Origin: Gemmatimonadales bacterium
GTDB lineage: Bacteria > Gemmatimonadota > Gemmatimonadetes > Gemmatimonadales > GWC2-71-9
Direction: 5' to 3'
Assembly (NCBI GenBank): GCA_038321865.1
Contig: JBBQFH010000007.1
Location: forward strand, 64,913 to 128,912
Length of the DNA stretch: 64,000 bases
Below are positions 51,276 through 59,547 of the stretch, piece after piece. The translations under genes were made by a program, and so were the position numbers. The notes beneath the pieces are model-generated. The model did no database searches. It saw only the letters and a list, made by a program, of their open reading frames with translations, and was not told where the DNA came from. How positions within the stretch are numbered: the first letter of the stretch is position 1; every line of letters begins with the position of its first letter.

Positions 51276-51539
51276 ATGGACGCGCTGCCAATGCACGAAC
51301 CCAGCATCCGGGAGACCCGCCTGCGTCCCCAGTACGCGGACGAATATCCCGGAATTATCCCAGGCGTGTGGCTGCCCGCCGCCGAAATCGCGCGCAAGCT
51401 GGTCGAACGAAATCACGCTCGGCGGCGGCAGCAGCGCTATACGCGCACGTTCGACCCACGTCACTTCGAATTCCGCGGGGCCGAGCTGCCCGCTCGCGCA
51501 CCCGCGTCGCGCACGCGCGCAACCGACGCGCCGCGCTGA
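51276..51539 (+). CDS. Small hypothetical protein
   Basis: 87-aa ORF (RLRPQYADEYPGI..HFEFRG); start could be ATG 51291. Confidence 0.6.
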   Translation: MDALPMHEPSIRETRLRPQYADEYPGIIPGVWLPAAEIARKLVERNHARRRQQRYTRTFDPRHFEFRGAELPARAPASRTRATDAPR

Positions 51540-51552
51540 GGGATCGGCCCGC

Positions 51553-51891
51553 CTAGCGCACGTGCTTGTACATCATGTCCACCAGCTCGTCGTACATCCC
51601 TTCGGCCTCGACCGGGCCGGCCTTGATCGCATGCGTCGCGCAGTGCTTCAGATGATTGCGCAACAGCTCGCGGCCCACTGAGCGGAGCGCCTCGTGCACC
51701 GAGGAGATCTGCGTCAGGATATCGGCGCAGTACCGCTCCTCCTCCACCATCCGCTGGAGGCCCCGCACCTGTCCCTCGATCCGGCGGAGACGGGCCAGCG
51801 TGCGATCCCGGATCGCCTCATCCACCCCATGCGCCTTGCCCCCCGGCCCCGCAGGCAGATCCTCGGCCCGCTCACTCACATCAGTGGTCAT
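51553..51891 (-). CDS. csoR: CsoR-family metal-sensing repressor
   Basis: RLRRIEGQVRGL, YC and HLKHC give the Cys-His-Cys Cu(I) fingerprint. Confidence 0.92.
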   Translation of the reverse strand: MTTDVSERAEDLPAGPGGKAHGVDEAIRDRTLARLRRIEGQVRGLQRMVEEERYCADILTQISSVHEALRSVGRELLRNHLKHCATHAIKAGPVEAEGMYDELVDMMYKHVR

Positions 51892-51949
51892 CGCGATACT
51901 CGCTCCTCTCGACCGGCATGACTCCCGGCGCTCACAACCGGATAATAGA

Positions 51950-51966
51950 ATACCCCCCTAGAGTAT
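51950..51966. promoter_or_regulatory. CsoR operator candidate
   Basis: ATAC-CCCCCTAGA-GTAT (TAC..C-tract..GTA) about 60 bp upstream of csoR. Confidence 0.65.
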
Positions 51967-52162
51967 CTTGAAGATATCATGACCCTGAGCCGTCGGCAAC
52001 GAGATCCACCGTGCTTCGCGGCGATCCGGCTCCGCAATGGCGCAGTGCGCGCCAGGAGATATGCGGAGATGCGAGCGGGCATGTCGCACGGGCCAGCAGT
52101 CGCTTAATTTCCGGCATCGCTGCCGCGCCGCGCCAGCCGCCGAACCGTCAGGAGTTTCGCCG

Positions 52163-52834
52163 TTGCCGACGCTGCCGCCGATCCCGTCCCGCCTCGAAAG
52201 TCCCATCATTCCGGGCAACCCGGCGTGGCTCTACCCGGCCATCATGGGGATCGCCAGCATCGCCGCGGTATGGGCGGCGGTTGTGTGGCCTCTGCACCGC
52301 AAACTGATCTATTTCGTTCCATTCACCTTTGCCGGCAACTCCCTCGCCCCCCTGCCCTACGACGGCTACGTCATCTGGCTCGGGGAGCACTATCCCATCT
52401 GGCTGGTCGTGCTGCTCGGCGTCCTGGGAACCGTGGTCATCGAAGCCTGGAACATGGAAATCCTGGGACGCATTCTGGCCCGTGATTCCACCCGGGGCTT
52501 CCGGGCCCATCCGGTCACGCGCTGGACCCTGAAGTGGTACCAGAAGGCACCGTTCTGGTCGCTGGTGGGCACCTGTATTCTCCCGATCGTCCCGCACTAC
52601 CCGATGCGGGTCCTCGCCGTCCTGGGACACTTCCCCATGTGGAAGTACCAGCTCTCCGTCATCCTGGGCCGGGGCGGCCGGTACGCCTGGCTCGCCGCGC
52701 TGGGACTCGCGTTTCATGTTCCCGGCAAATGGATCGCCCTCGCCAGCGCGATCCTGCTGGTCCTCGCGGTGCGCGGCGCGAGGAAGATGAACCGCTACCA
52801 GGAGCCGGACGCGCCGGTCGCCGACGGCGCATGA
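52163..52834 (+). CDS. Membrane protein, VTT/DedA-like
   Basis: AGGAG SD before TTG 52163; multiple TM helices; ILGRGGRY resembles the DedA GR..R motif. Confidence 0.6.
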   Translation: MPTLPPIPSRLESPIIPGNPAWLYPAIMGIASIAAVWAAVVWPLHRKLIYFVPFTFAGNSLAPLPYDGYVIWLGEHYPIWLVVLLGVLGTVVIEAWNMEILGRILARDSTRGFRAHPVTRWTLKWYQKAPFWSLVGTCILPIVPHYPMRVLAVLGHFPMWKYQLSVILGRGGRYAWLAALGLAFHVPGKWIALASAILLVLAVRGARKMNRYQEPDAPVADGA

Positions 52835-54285
52835 GACGGTGTTTTCTGCTGCTGGTCGACGGGCTCTGTCCGGACGTCGCCGAGGCGGCGCTCGAGCGCG
52901 GCGAGCTGCCGAACCTCGCGCGCATGACGGCCGACGGTGGGCGCACCCGCGCGATCTCGGTGTTTCCGTCCACCACGAGTGTCGCGTACCTGCCGTTTCT
53001 CACCGGTTGCACCCCCGGGCACTGCAACATCCCCTCGATCCGGTGGCTCGACCGCGCCGCCTACGCCGGCGACTGGTGGCGCGACCGCGAGCACGTCCGG
53101 AGCTACTGCGGTTACCAGGCGGCACGCCTCGACGCTGACATCACGCCGGAGGTGCAGTCGATCTTCCAGCTGGTCCCCGACAGCACCGCGATCTTCACGA
53201 TGATCTCACGCGGCCTCACGCCCGCACGCGATCCGTCGCAGCGTGAGCGGTGGCTCTGGGGCGGCCTCGCGCATTACGCGCAGTGGCATCAGCCGTTGGA
53301 CAGGACCGCCACGCGCTATCTCCTCCGGGCCGCCGCGGAGCCATGGCGCTTCGTGTTCGCGCAGTTTCCCGCGGTGGACGGCTACGCCCATCAGTCCACG
53401 CCCGACGGTCCCAAGGTGCGGCGCGCGTTGCGGGCGGTGGACGCCACGGTCGGGTCGCTCAGGACCCGGCTCGCGGAGCGCGGCGAGCTCGACGACACGC
53501 TCATCCTCCTGGTCAGTGACCACGGCGCTTCGCCGATCCACACGCACCTCGACCTGGCCGACTGGTTCCGCGCGCAGGGGGTGACGACGCTCTCTCACCC
53601 GGTCGTGTGGGAGCGGGAGGCTGGGGCCGCCGTCATGGTCGCCGGCAACTGTTCGGCAGCGGTCTACGCCCGCCCCGGCCAGGCGCGGCCCGACCGCTGG
53701 CCGATTGAACGGCTCAGACAGCCGGACGCCTTCGGGGCGGGCCATGATGTCGTCGACGCCCTGGTGCGCGAACCGGCGGTGGCGTTCGTTGCGGCGGAAT
53801 CCGCCGACGGGGGCGTGGCGGTGGTCTCCGCCGCGGGCGAGGCCCGGCTCGCGTGGCACGGCACCAGCCTCGCGTATCGCCCGCTATCGGCTGATCCGCT
53901 GCAGTTAGGTGGACCATTCTCCGGCGACGCCCGCGCCTGGCTCGACCGGACCTGGAATGCCGCGTTTCCGGATGCGGGGCCGCAGCTGATGGACCAGTTC
54001 CGATCGCCCCGCGCAGGGGATCTCGTCGTCGTGGGGCAGGAGGGGTTCGATTTCCGGAAACGCTTCGAGATTCCGGAGCACCGCAGCGGGCACGGGAGCC
54101 TGCTGCGCTCCCACATGCAGACGCCACTCTGGTCCAGCGCGCCGCTTCCCGACCTCAGATTCCGCACCGTCGACCTGTTTCCGGCGATGCTCGCATGGCT
54201 CGGAGTGCCGCCGCCGAGCCGGATGGACGGGGACCGGAGCTGGCTGCCGGCACCGGGCGCGGGCGTGGCCGCGCCCGTCGCGTAA
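52831..54285 (+). CDS. Alkaline phosphatase superfamily (NPP/type I phosphodiesterase-like)
   Basis: LLVDG, FPSTT nucleophile region, VDGYAH, VSDHG, GHGS. Confidence 0.88.
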   Translation: MRRCFLLLVDGLCPDVAEAALERGELPNLARMTADGGRTRAISVFPSTTSVAYLPFLTGCTPGHCNIPSIRWLDRAAYAGDWWRDREHVRSYCGYQAARLDADITPEVQSIFQLVPDSTAIFTMISRGLTPARDPSQRERWLWGGLAHYAQWHQPLDRTATRYLLRAAAEPWRFVFAQFPAVDGYAHQSTPDGPKVRRALRAVDATVGSLRTRLAERGELDDTLILLVSDHGASPIHTHLDLADWFRAQGVTTLSHPVVWEREAGAAVMVAGNCSAAVYARPGQARPDRWPIERLRQPDAFGAGHDVVDALVREPAVAFVAAESADGGVAVVSAAGEARLAWHGTSLAYRPLSADPLQLGGPFSGDARAWLDRTWNAAFPDAGPQLMDQFRSPRAGDLVVVGQEGFDFRKRFEIPEHRSGHGSLLRSHMQTPLWSSAPLPDLRFRTVDLFPAMLAWLGVPPPSRMDGDRSWLPAPGAGVAAPVA

Positions 54286-54336
54286 CGGTTGCGATTTCGC
54301 TGCCGGAAGGCGACTATTCCCTGCCCGAAATCATGG

Positions 54337-54410
54337 GCGTCCGTAGCTCAGCTGGATAGAGCGTCTGCCTCCGGCGCAGAAGGTCGTGGGTTCGAGTCCC
54401 TCCGGGCGCA
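54337..54410 (+). tRNA. tRNA-Arg(CCG)
   Basis: GCGTCCGTAGCTCAG..TCTGC-CTCCGGC-GCAGA..GTTCGAG. Confidence 0.92.
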
Positions 54411-54416
54411 TCCGGG

Positions 54417-54455
54417 AGTCCCAGCCGAGATTTTCGCGGCTGGGGCTTTCTTTTT
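54417..54455 (+). terminator. Rho-independent terminator after tRNA-Arg
   Basis: AGTCCCAGCCG..CGGCTGGGGCT followed by TTCTTTTT. Confidence 0.8.
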
Positions 54456-54524
54456 GCAGAACGAACCGGTTTCGTTGGCTGCGCGGCCATCGCGCCCCTG
54501 GAACGTCAACTCAAAGGCGGGTGT

Positions 54525-54944
54525 ATGAAGCGATTTGCCACGATGGTCCTGACGGCCGGGCTGCTGGTGGGAATGGGTGCCTGCAGCACGGGCGACAACC
54601 CGACCGGCCCGGGCGGAGTGGATGTCCTCTCCGGCACGTTCAACCTGTCGACGGTGGATGGCCACCCGGCCCCGTACACCTTCCCCGACGGGAATGTGAT
54701 CAATACCTACACCATCGTGCTGCGGACCGATGCGACGTTCCACCTGACCATTACGACGGGTGGACCGGGCGGCGACATCAACAAGGTGTCCGACGGCACT
54801 TACGTGTACAGCCGGAGCGCGGGCACCCTCGTCATGGATGGCCAGCCGCTGGGCGTCCTGCACGCGGCTGTGAGCGGCGCCGAGGGAACGCTGACGCTCG
54901 ACCAGAACGACAGCGGCGGATACGTCGTCGTCCTCAAGAAGTAA
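54525..54944 (+). CDS. Beta-rich lipoprotein (lipocalin-like)
   Basis: Lipobox MGAC; LSGTFNLSTVDG resembles the lipocalin N-terminal strand. Confidence 0.7.
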   Translation: MKRFATMVLTAGLLVGMGACSTGDNPTGPGGVDVLSGTFNLSTVDGHPAPYTFPDGNVINTYTIVLRTDATFHLTITTGGPGGDINKVSDGTYVYSRSAGTLVMDGQPLGVLHAAVSGAEGTLTLDQNDSGGYVVVLKK

Positions 54945-55403
54945 TCAGCGATCCGGCACACGGCGACGCATCACCGTCGCCGTGGCCGGGCAGGCCCCCT
55001 GCAGCTCAGCCGATCCGCCCAGCGCTTCAGGGACCTGATCGCGCGCCGCCGGCGAGAAGCCGAGTCTCGGAAAATAGCGATCGGCGGTCGTTGTCAGCAG
55101 ATACACCTCCAGGGCCCCGGCGCTCCGCGCCGTCTGCATCGCCCGCGCTACCAGCTTTCGTGCGAGCCCGCGCCCCCGCCACTCCGGATCGACGACCACC
55201 GAGCGGAGCAGCGCCACCCCTCCGTATACCTCGATGCCTGCCGCGCCCACGACGCGGCCTCCCGCGTCCGCGATCGAAAATGTCCGCTCGAACCAGTCAT
55301 CCAGCCCCGCGGTCGTGAGCGACTGGGAGCGGAGCAGGTCGGTGACCGCCCCGGAGTCGGCGGCAGTGGCGTCCCGCAGCGTGATACCACCGTCGACGAG
55401 CAT
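54945..55403 (-). CDS. arsN2: Arsenic-associated GNAT N-acetyltransferase (ArsN2 type)
   Basis: LLRSVVV..RGRGLA, YLLTTTADRYFPRLGF, CPATATVM; directly downstream of arsM. Confidence 0.85.
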   Translation of the reverse strand: MLVDGGITLRDATAADSGAVTDLLRSQSLTTAGLDDWFERTFSIADAGGRVVGAAGIEVYGGVALLRSVVVDPEWRGRGLARKLVARAMQTARSAGALEVYLLTTTADRYFPRLGFSPAARDQVPEALGGSAELQGACPATATVMRRRVPDR

Positions 55404-55408
55404 CGAGC

Positions 55409-56296
55409 TCACTGGCAGCAGCCGGGCGCGCAGCAACCGCTCGCGGCAGCCACGGGCCTGCTGGCGCGGACGAACGCCCCCATCACCCGCCCCGTCACCT
55501 CCCGCGCCAGGAGCTCCAGCTCCGCGCTGGCACTGCCAAGGAATGCGCGGGCATCGTCGAATTCGTAGACCCGCGTCGGCTCGATGTCCACGCCTTCGAA
55601 TCCCGCATCGGTGAGGAGTGTCCGAAACTCCTGCTCCTCCAGCGCGCCCGCCACACACCCGACCCACAGCTCCATGCTCTGCCGCACTGGGAGCGGCATC
55701 TCGCCGCGCACGATGACGTCCGATACGGCGAAGCGGCCACCCGGCTTCAGAACCCGGAACGCTTCCTGAAGGACTCGGCGCTTGTCGGCGGACAGGTTGA
55801 TGACGCAATTCGAGATGACCACGTCCACCGACGCATCGGGAAGGGGAATCTGCTCGATCTCGCCCTTCAGAAACTCGACGTTGGTCGCGCCGGCCCGCAC
55901 TGCGTTGGCGCGACCCAGCTCGAGCATCGAATCGGTCATGTCCAGCCCATACACCTTGCCCGTCGCGCCGACCCGGCGCGCCGACAGCAGCACGTCGATC
56001 CCGCCGCCCGATCCGAGATCGAGCACCGTTTCACCCTCGTGCAACTCCGTGAGGGCGGTCGGATTCCCGCAGCCCAGCGACGCGAGGACGGCCTCGCCCG
56101 GGATGAGTGCCTGATGGCCTGCATCGTACAGGTCGGCGGTGATCGGGTCCCGCGCTCCGGTCGGCGGCGCCCCGCCGCAACAGGAGCTGGCAGGGCCGCA
56201 CGACGCCGCGCTCCCGGCCAGCACGCGGCGCGCCGCGGACCCGTACTTGTCACGCACCGTATCTCGCACCGACTCCCCGTCCGCTTCCGTCGCCAT
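55409..56296 (-). CDS. arsM: Arsenite S-adenosylmethionine methyltransferase
   Basis: SLGCGNP, LDLGSGGGID, ISNCVINL, WVGCVAGA, C-terminal CC..CC. Confidence 0.93.
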   Translation of the reverse strand: MATEADGESVRDTVRDKYGSAARRVLAGSAASCGPASSCCGGAPPTGARDPITADLYDAGHQALIPGEAVLASLGCGNPTALTELHEGETVLDLGSGGGIDVLLSARRVGATGKVYGLDMTDSMLELGRANAVRAGATNVEFLKGEIEQIPLPDASVDVVISNCVINLSADKRRVLQEAFRVLKPGGRFAVSDVIVRGEMPLPVRQSMELWVGCVAGALEEQEFRTLLTDAGFEGVDIEPTRVYEFDDARAFLGSASAELELLAREVTGRVMGAFVRASRPVAAASGCCAPGCCQ

Positions 56297-56320
56297 CCCG
56301 CCTCCCGATGCCAATTGTTA

Positions 56321-56336
56321 AACAAGAAACGTTGAT
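56321..56336. promoter_or_regulatory. ArsR operator-like box upstream of arsM
   Basis: Minus strand ATCAA-cgtttc-TTGTT, close to ATCAA-N6-TTGAT. Confidence 0.55.
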
Positions 56337-56355
56337 ATCTTAGCCACCATCAGAG

Positions 56356-56673
56356 TCAATCACAGCAGGCGGCCTTCAGCGCCGCTGCCCGCCTGGGCCG
56401 CAGGGCGCCGATGGCGGCGTTGAGGCCGTCGAACGCCTCGGGGCGGAGCGCGTAATGGACCCAGCGACCCTCCCGCCGGTCGGTGACCAGGCCCGCCTCG
56501 CGCAGCACCTTGAGATGAAAGCTCAATCTCGACTGGGCGGCATCGAGCAGGTCGGTCAGATCGCAGACGCAGCGTTCTCCGCCGCGCAGCCGCTCGACGA
56601 TGGCCAGGCGCGTCTCGTCGGAGAGGGCATGAAAGAGGCGGGCTCGTCGCGTGCGGTCCTGGGCGCTGGTCAT
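56356..56673 (-). CDS. arsR: ArsR/SmtB family repressor
   Basis: FHALSDETRL, ERCVCDL metal site, SFHLKVL, C-terminal CC. Confidence 0.92.
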   Translation of the reverse strand: MTSAQDRTRRARLFHALSDETRLAIVERLRGGERCVCDLTDLLDAAQSRLSFHLKVLREAGLVTDRREGRWVHYALRPEAFDGLNAAIGALRPRRAAALKAACCD

Positions 56674-56684
56674 GGGCCTAACAT

Positions 56685-56700
56685 AGCAATAAATGTTGAT
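56685..56700. promoter_or_regulatory. ArsR operator-like box upstream of arsR
   Basis: Minus strand ATCAA-cattta-TTGCT. Confidence 0.55.
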
Positions 56701-56703
56701 ACG

Positions 56704-57624
56704 TCAAGGGCGGCCGCCCACCGCTCGCGCCAGGGCCTCGATCGTCAGCGGCGCGCACCCTTCCAGCCGGTTGTTCACCAGCACGAAGCCATCGCCGTCG
56801 AGCGCGACCGTCGCCTTCACCAGCCGGACGATGTCACGCCGCACACCCTCCTCTACGCTCTGCAGGCGGTCGAACGGCTCGAAGGCGACGCGCGCGTCGG
56901 CATCCATCCGGCCCGGCCGCAGGAGCGCCCGGCAGACCATGAATGGCGCCGTGAGACTGTCCGCGAGATCGAGCTGCTCCCCGATGGACGGCATGTGGGT
57001 CCAGGAGTTGAAGACGTGGGCCACGTCATGCTGCCGAAGCACGGCGAAGTAGGCCGGCACCAGGAACGCGGGATTGCGAACCTCGACCGCGTAGCGCGCA
57101 CCGCGGGGAAGCTGCTCGAGGAAGCGGTCGAGCCGCTCGGCGAATTCCTGCGGGCCAAGCCGCGCGGCGCGCGGAATCGCCTGAAATTCGAAGACGTGGG
57201 GGCCGGCATGCCCGGCGAACTCCGTGTGATACACGTCCAGGATCGCGTCGCAAAAGAGCTGCGCATTGAGGAAGTCGGCGTTGCGCTGCCCCGCCTCGGC
57301 GGGATGACTCCGGCCATAGGTATGGATGGTGATCCGGTCCCAGACCTTGCTCACGCACGGAAAGCCGGGCGGCAGCACGGCAGCGTACTGCCGGAGCATC
57401 TCCGCCGTCGGGGGCCGATAGAAGGTGGAATCGATTCCCACCGTGCCGAACAATGGCCAGCGGGCGTATTCGGCCAGCATTGCGGCCGTTGCGCCGCTGA
57501 CCGGATAGCGGCTCGCGTATATCAGCCCGCACCACCCGGGGTAGGTCCAGCTCGAGCTACCGAACCGGATCCCGCCCGGCAGCCGGCGGGCGAGCTCCTC
57601 CAGTTGCGTGCCGGAGGCGCTCAC
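56704..57624 (-). CDS. DUF72 family protein
   Basis: GSSSWTYPGW, IDSTFY, AVEVRN, VNNRLEG. Confidence 0.9.
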   Translation of the reverse strand: MSASGTQLEELARRLPGGIRFGSSSWTYPGWCGLIYASRYPVSGATAAMLAEYARWPLFGTVGIDSTFYRPPTAEMLRQYAAVLPPGFPCVSKVWDRITIHTYGRSHPAEAGQRNADFLNAQLFCDAILDVYHTEFAGHAGPHVFEFQAIPRAARLGPQEFAERLDRFLEQLPRGARYAVEVRNPAFLVPAYFAVLRQHDVAHVFNSWTHMPSIGEQLDLADSLTAPFMVCRALLRPGRMDADARVAFEPFDRLQSVEEGVRRDIVRLVKATVALDGDGFVLVNNRLEGCAPLTIEALARAVGGRP

Positions 57625-57627
57625 CTG

Positions 57628-58563
57628 TCAGCGGGGCGCTTCGGCCGGCGGTGGTCCTGCGCCGGGGCCTTCCACTCCGGGGCCACCCTCCCGTGGCGAC
57701 GGAAGACTCACCAGTACGGCCGTCACGACCAGCACGATCGCGGCGACCGAAAGCTCGGCGGTGGCGGAGCGCCGGATGGCGACCGCCGTTTCCTCCGAAC
57801 CAAGCGTCGGGCGCTGCTGCCGCCAGTTCCATGCGCCGAGCCCAAAGACGATCGCGACGAATACAAGCTTGACCATGAGCGCGTACCCGTACGGCGTGGT
57901 CCACAGGGCGCTCAGCCGGTGCAGATGGCGCCAGGCGGTGATGGCACCGAACAGCACCACGAAGCCCCCGGACACGAGTGCAAGGGGGGAGAAACGGTTC
58001 ACCATGTCCGCAACGATAGCGCCTCGGCGGGGCTGGGCCGGCTCGTCACGGAGCACCATCGCCACGCCGGCGACGACCAGCACGAAGAACGTCCCGATCC
58101 AGAGCCCGCCGAAGAGCACATGGGCGGGATTCACCAGCCTCGACCACTGCCCCGTGAGTGCGCCGCGCAGCTGGCCCACCACCACCCCGACCGCGGCCAA
58201 CGGCCAGCCCGCCCGGACTCGTCCGGCGGCCAGCATGAAACCGATCACCGCCAGCACCATCAGCCCGACCTGTGCCGCGACGGGGAAACTGCCGGTCAGC
58301 AGCGCCGCGATCGTGGTGTGGCGCCGCGCCGCGAGCCCGGGCAGCGACTGGGCCAGGAGCACGGCGGCGAGGGTGGCACCCCCGAGACCGATGAGTGCCG
58401 CGCGCTGCGCCGCGTCAGCGTACACGCGTGCGTCCTGGTCCGGCGTTGGTCCCCGCAGCGATGAATACCGGAACCCCACCGCGCCCGCCGGGAGGAATAC
58501 GGCGAGAAAGGAGAGGTATTGCATGACGGGCTCGGACCAGACAAGTAGTGGCTCGCTCTGCAT
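57628..58563 (-). CDS. copD: CopD family copper-resistance membrane protein
   Basis: HVLFGGLWIG, RFSPLA, TPYGYALMVKL. Confidence 0.8.
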   Translation of the reverse strand: MQSEPLLVWSEPVMQYLSFLAVFLPAGAVGFRYSSLRGPTPDQDARVYADAAQRAALIGLGGATLAAVLLAQSLPGLAARRHTTIAALLTGSFPVAAQVGLMVLAVIGFMLAAGRVRAGWPLAAVGVVVGQLRGALTGQWSRLVNPAHVLFGGLWIGTFFVLVVAGVAMVLRDEPAQPRRGAIVADMVNRFSPLALVSGGFVVLFGAITAWRHLHRLSALWTTPYGYALMVKLVFVAIVFGLGAWNWRQQRPTLGSEETAVAIRRSATAELSVAAIVLVVTAVLVSLPSPREGGPGVEGPGAGPPPAEAPR

Positions 58564-58656
58564 GCTCAGTGCGTCCGGGAAATGGTGAATACGAACCGTG
58601 ATGGCGAGGCCGCGAGCGGCAAAGTGGCGGATGGCATGGAGCGACCGGGGTGGCGT

Positions 58657-59052
58657 CTAGCCGGCGAGGACCTCGCGGACGTGGCGATAGAGCTGATCCG
58701 GCATGAACGGCTTGCGCAGGAACGGCGCGTCCGGGCTCTGCAGGCCCAGATCCGCCAGCTCGGCGGGGGCATACGCCGACATGCACAGAATCCGCTGGCC
58801 GGGGGCGCGCCGCTGCAGCTCCGCCGCGAGGCGGCCCCCATCCATCACCGGCATGACCATGTCGATGAGGACGAGATCGACCGGGTCGTCCTGCTGCTCG
58901 AGCACCTTCAGGGCCTCGCGTCCGTCGCGCGCCTCGAGCGACACGTACCCTTCAGCGCGCAGCATCCGCGCGATGAGTGCGCGCAGCGACTCCTCGTCCT
59001 CGACGACCAGGATGGTCTCGTGGCCGGATGCGCGCGGCTCCGGAACGGTCAC
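58657..59052 (-). CDS. Single-domain response regulator (CckA-type receiver)
   Basis: GHETILVVEDE, DMVMP, MSAY, KPF. Confidence 0.85.
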   Translation of the reverse strand: MTVPEPRASGHETILVVEDEESLRALIARMLRAEGYVSLEARDGREALKVLEQQDDPVDLVLIDMVMPVMDGGRLAAELQRRAPGQRILCMSAYAPAELADLGLQSPDAPFLRKPFMPDQLYRHVREVLAG

Positions 59053-59154
59053 TTCGCTCCTCGATATGCGGGACGGCGGTACGATGGTGCTGCGGGGGAA
59101 TAATACCGGACTCGACGCGTCGCTCCAATCCGGAGGAGGCGCGACCGCCGGCGC

Positions 59155-59472
59155 TCAGCGCCAGCGGCCCTCGGTCCAGTACCAGCCCTGGCGGCTATGG
59201 GCCCAGTGGCCCGGCTGCCACCGGCGACGACCACGAGGCACGCGATCCCAATGGCCGGTATCCCAGATATAGCCGGCGCGGTCGGAGCGGTAGTGCCCGG
59301 GAATCCAGACCCACCCGACCCCGGGCGTGGCGCCGGCGATCTCGACTCGCGGCGGCGGCGGACGGTCGATCGCGTAGACGCGACCGGGGGGCGGGGAGCC
59401 GCCGCCGCACGCGGCGAGCGCGAGGGCCAGCGGGACGGCGAAGCGGAGCGAACGCGATGAACGGTACCCCAT
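59155..59472 (-). CDS. YXWGXW-repeat lipoprotein
   Basis: LAAC lipobox; WVWIPGHY, YIWDTGHW, WQPGHW, YWTEGRW. Confidence 0.85.
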   Translation of the reverse strand: MGYRSSRSLRFAVPLALALAACGGGSPPPGRVYAIDRPPPPRVEIAGATPGVGWVWIPGHYRSDRAGYIWDTGHWDRVPRGRRRWQPGHWAHSRQGWYWTEGRWR

Positions 59473-59547
59473 GAACCCGACCTCCACAGTTGGTGAATAG
59501 GCGCCCACTCGCAGCGCAGACGCCTCATGGTACGACCCGTCAAGCCC

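Noticed and set aside
51979..52110. 42-codon plus-strand ORF downstream of the CsoR operator
   Set aside because: No clear SD and no recognisable motif such as a CopZ CxxC
49929..59540. Active integrative element or prophage at tRNA-Pro or tRNA-Arg
   Set aside because: No integrase, transposase, phage gene or duplicated tRNA 3' end found by eye
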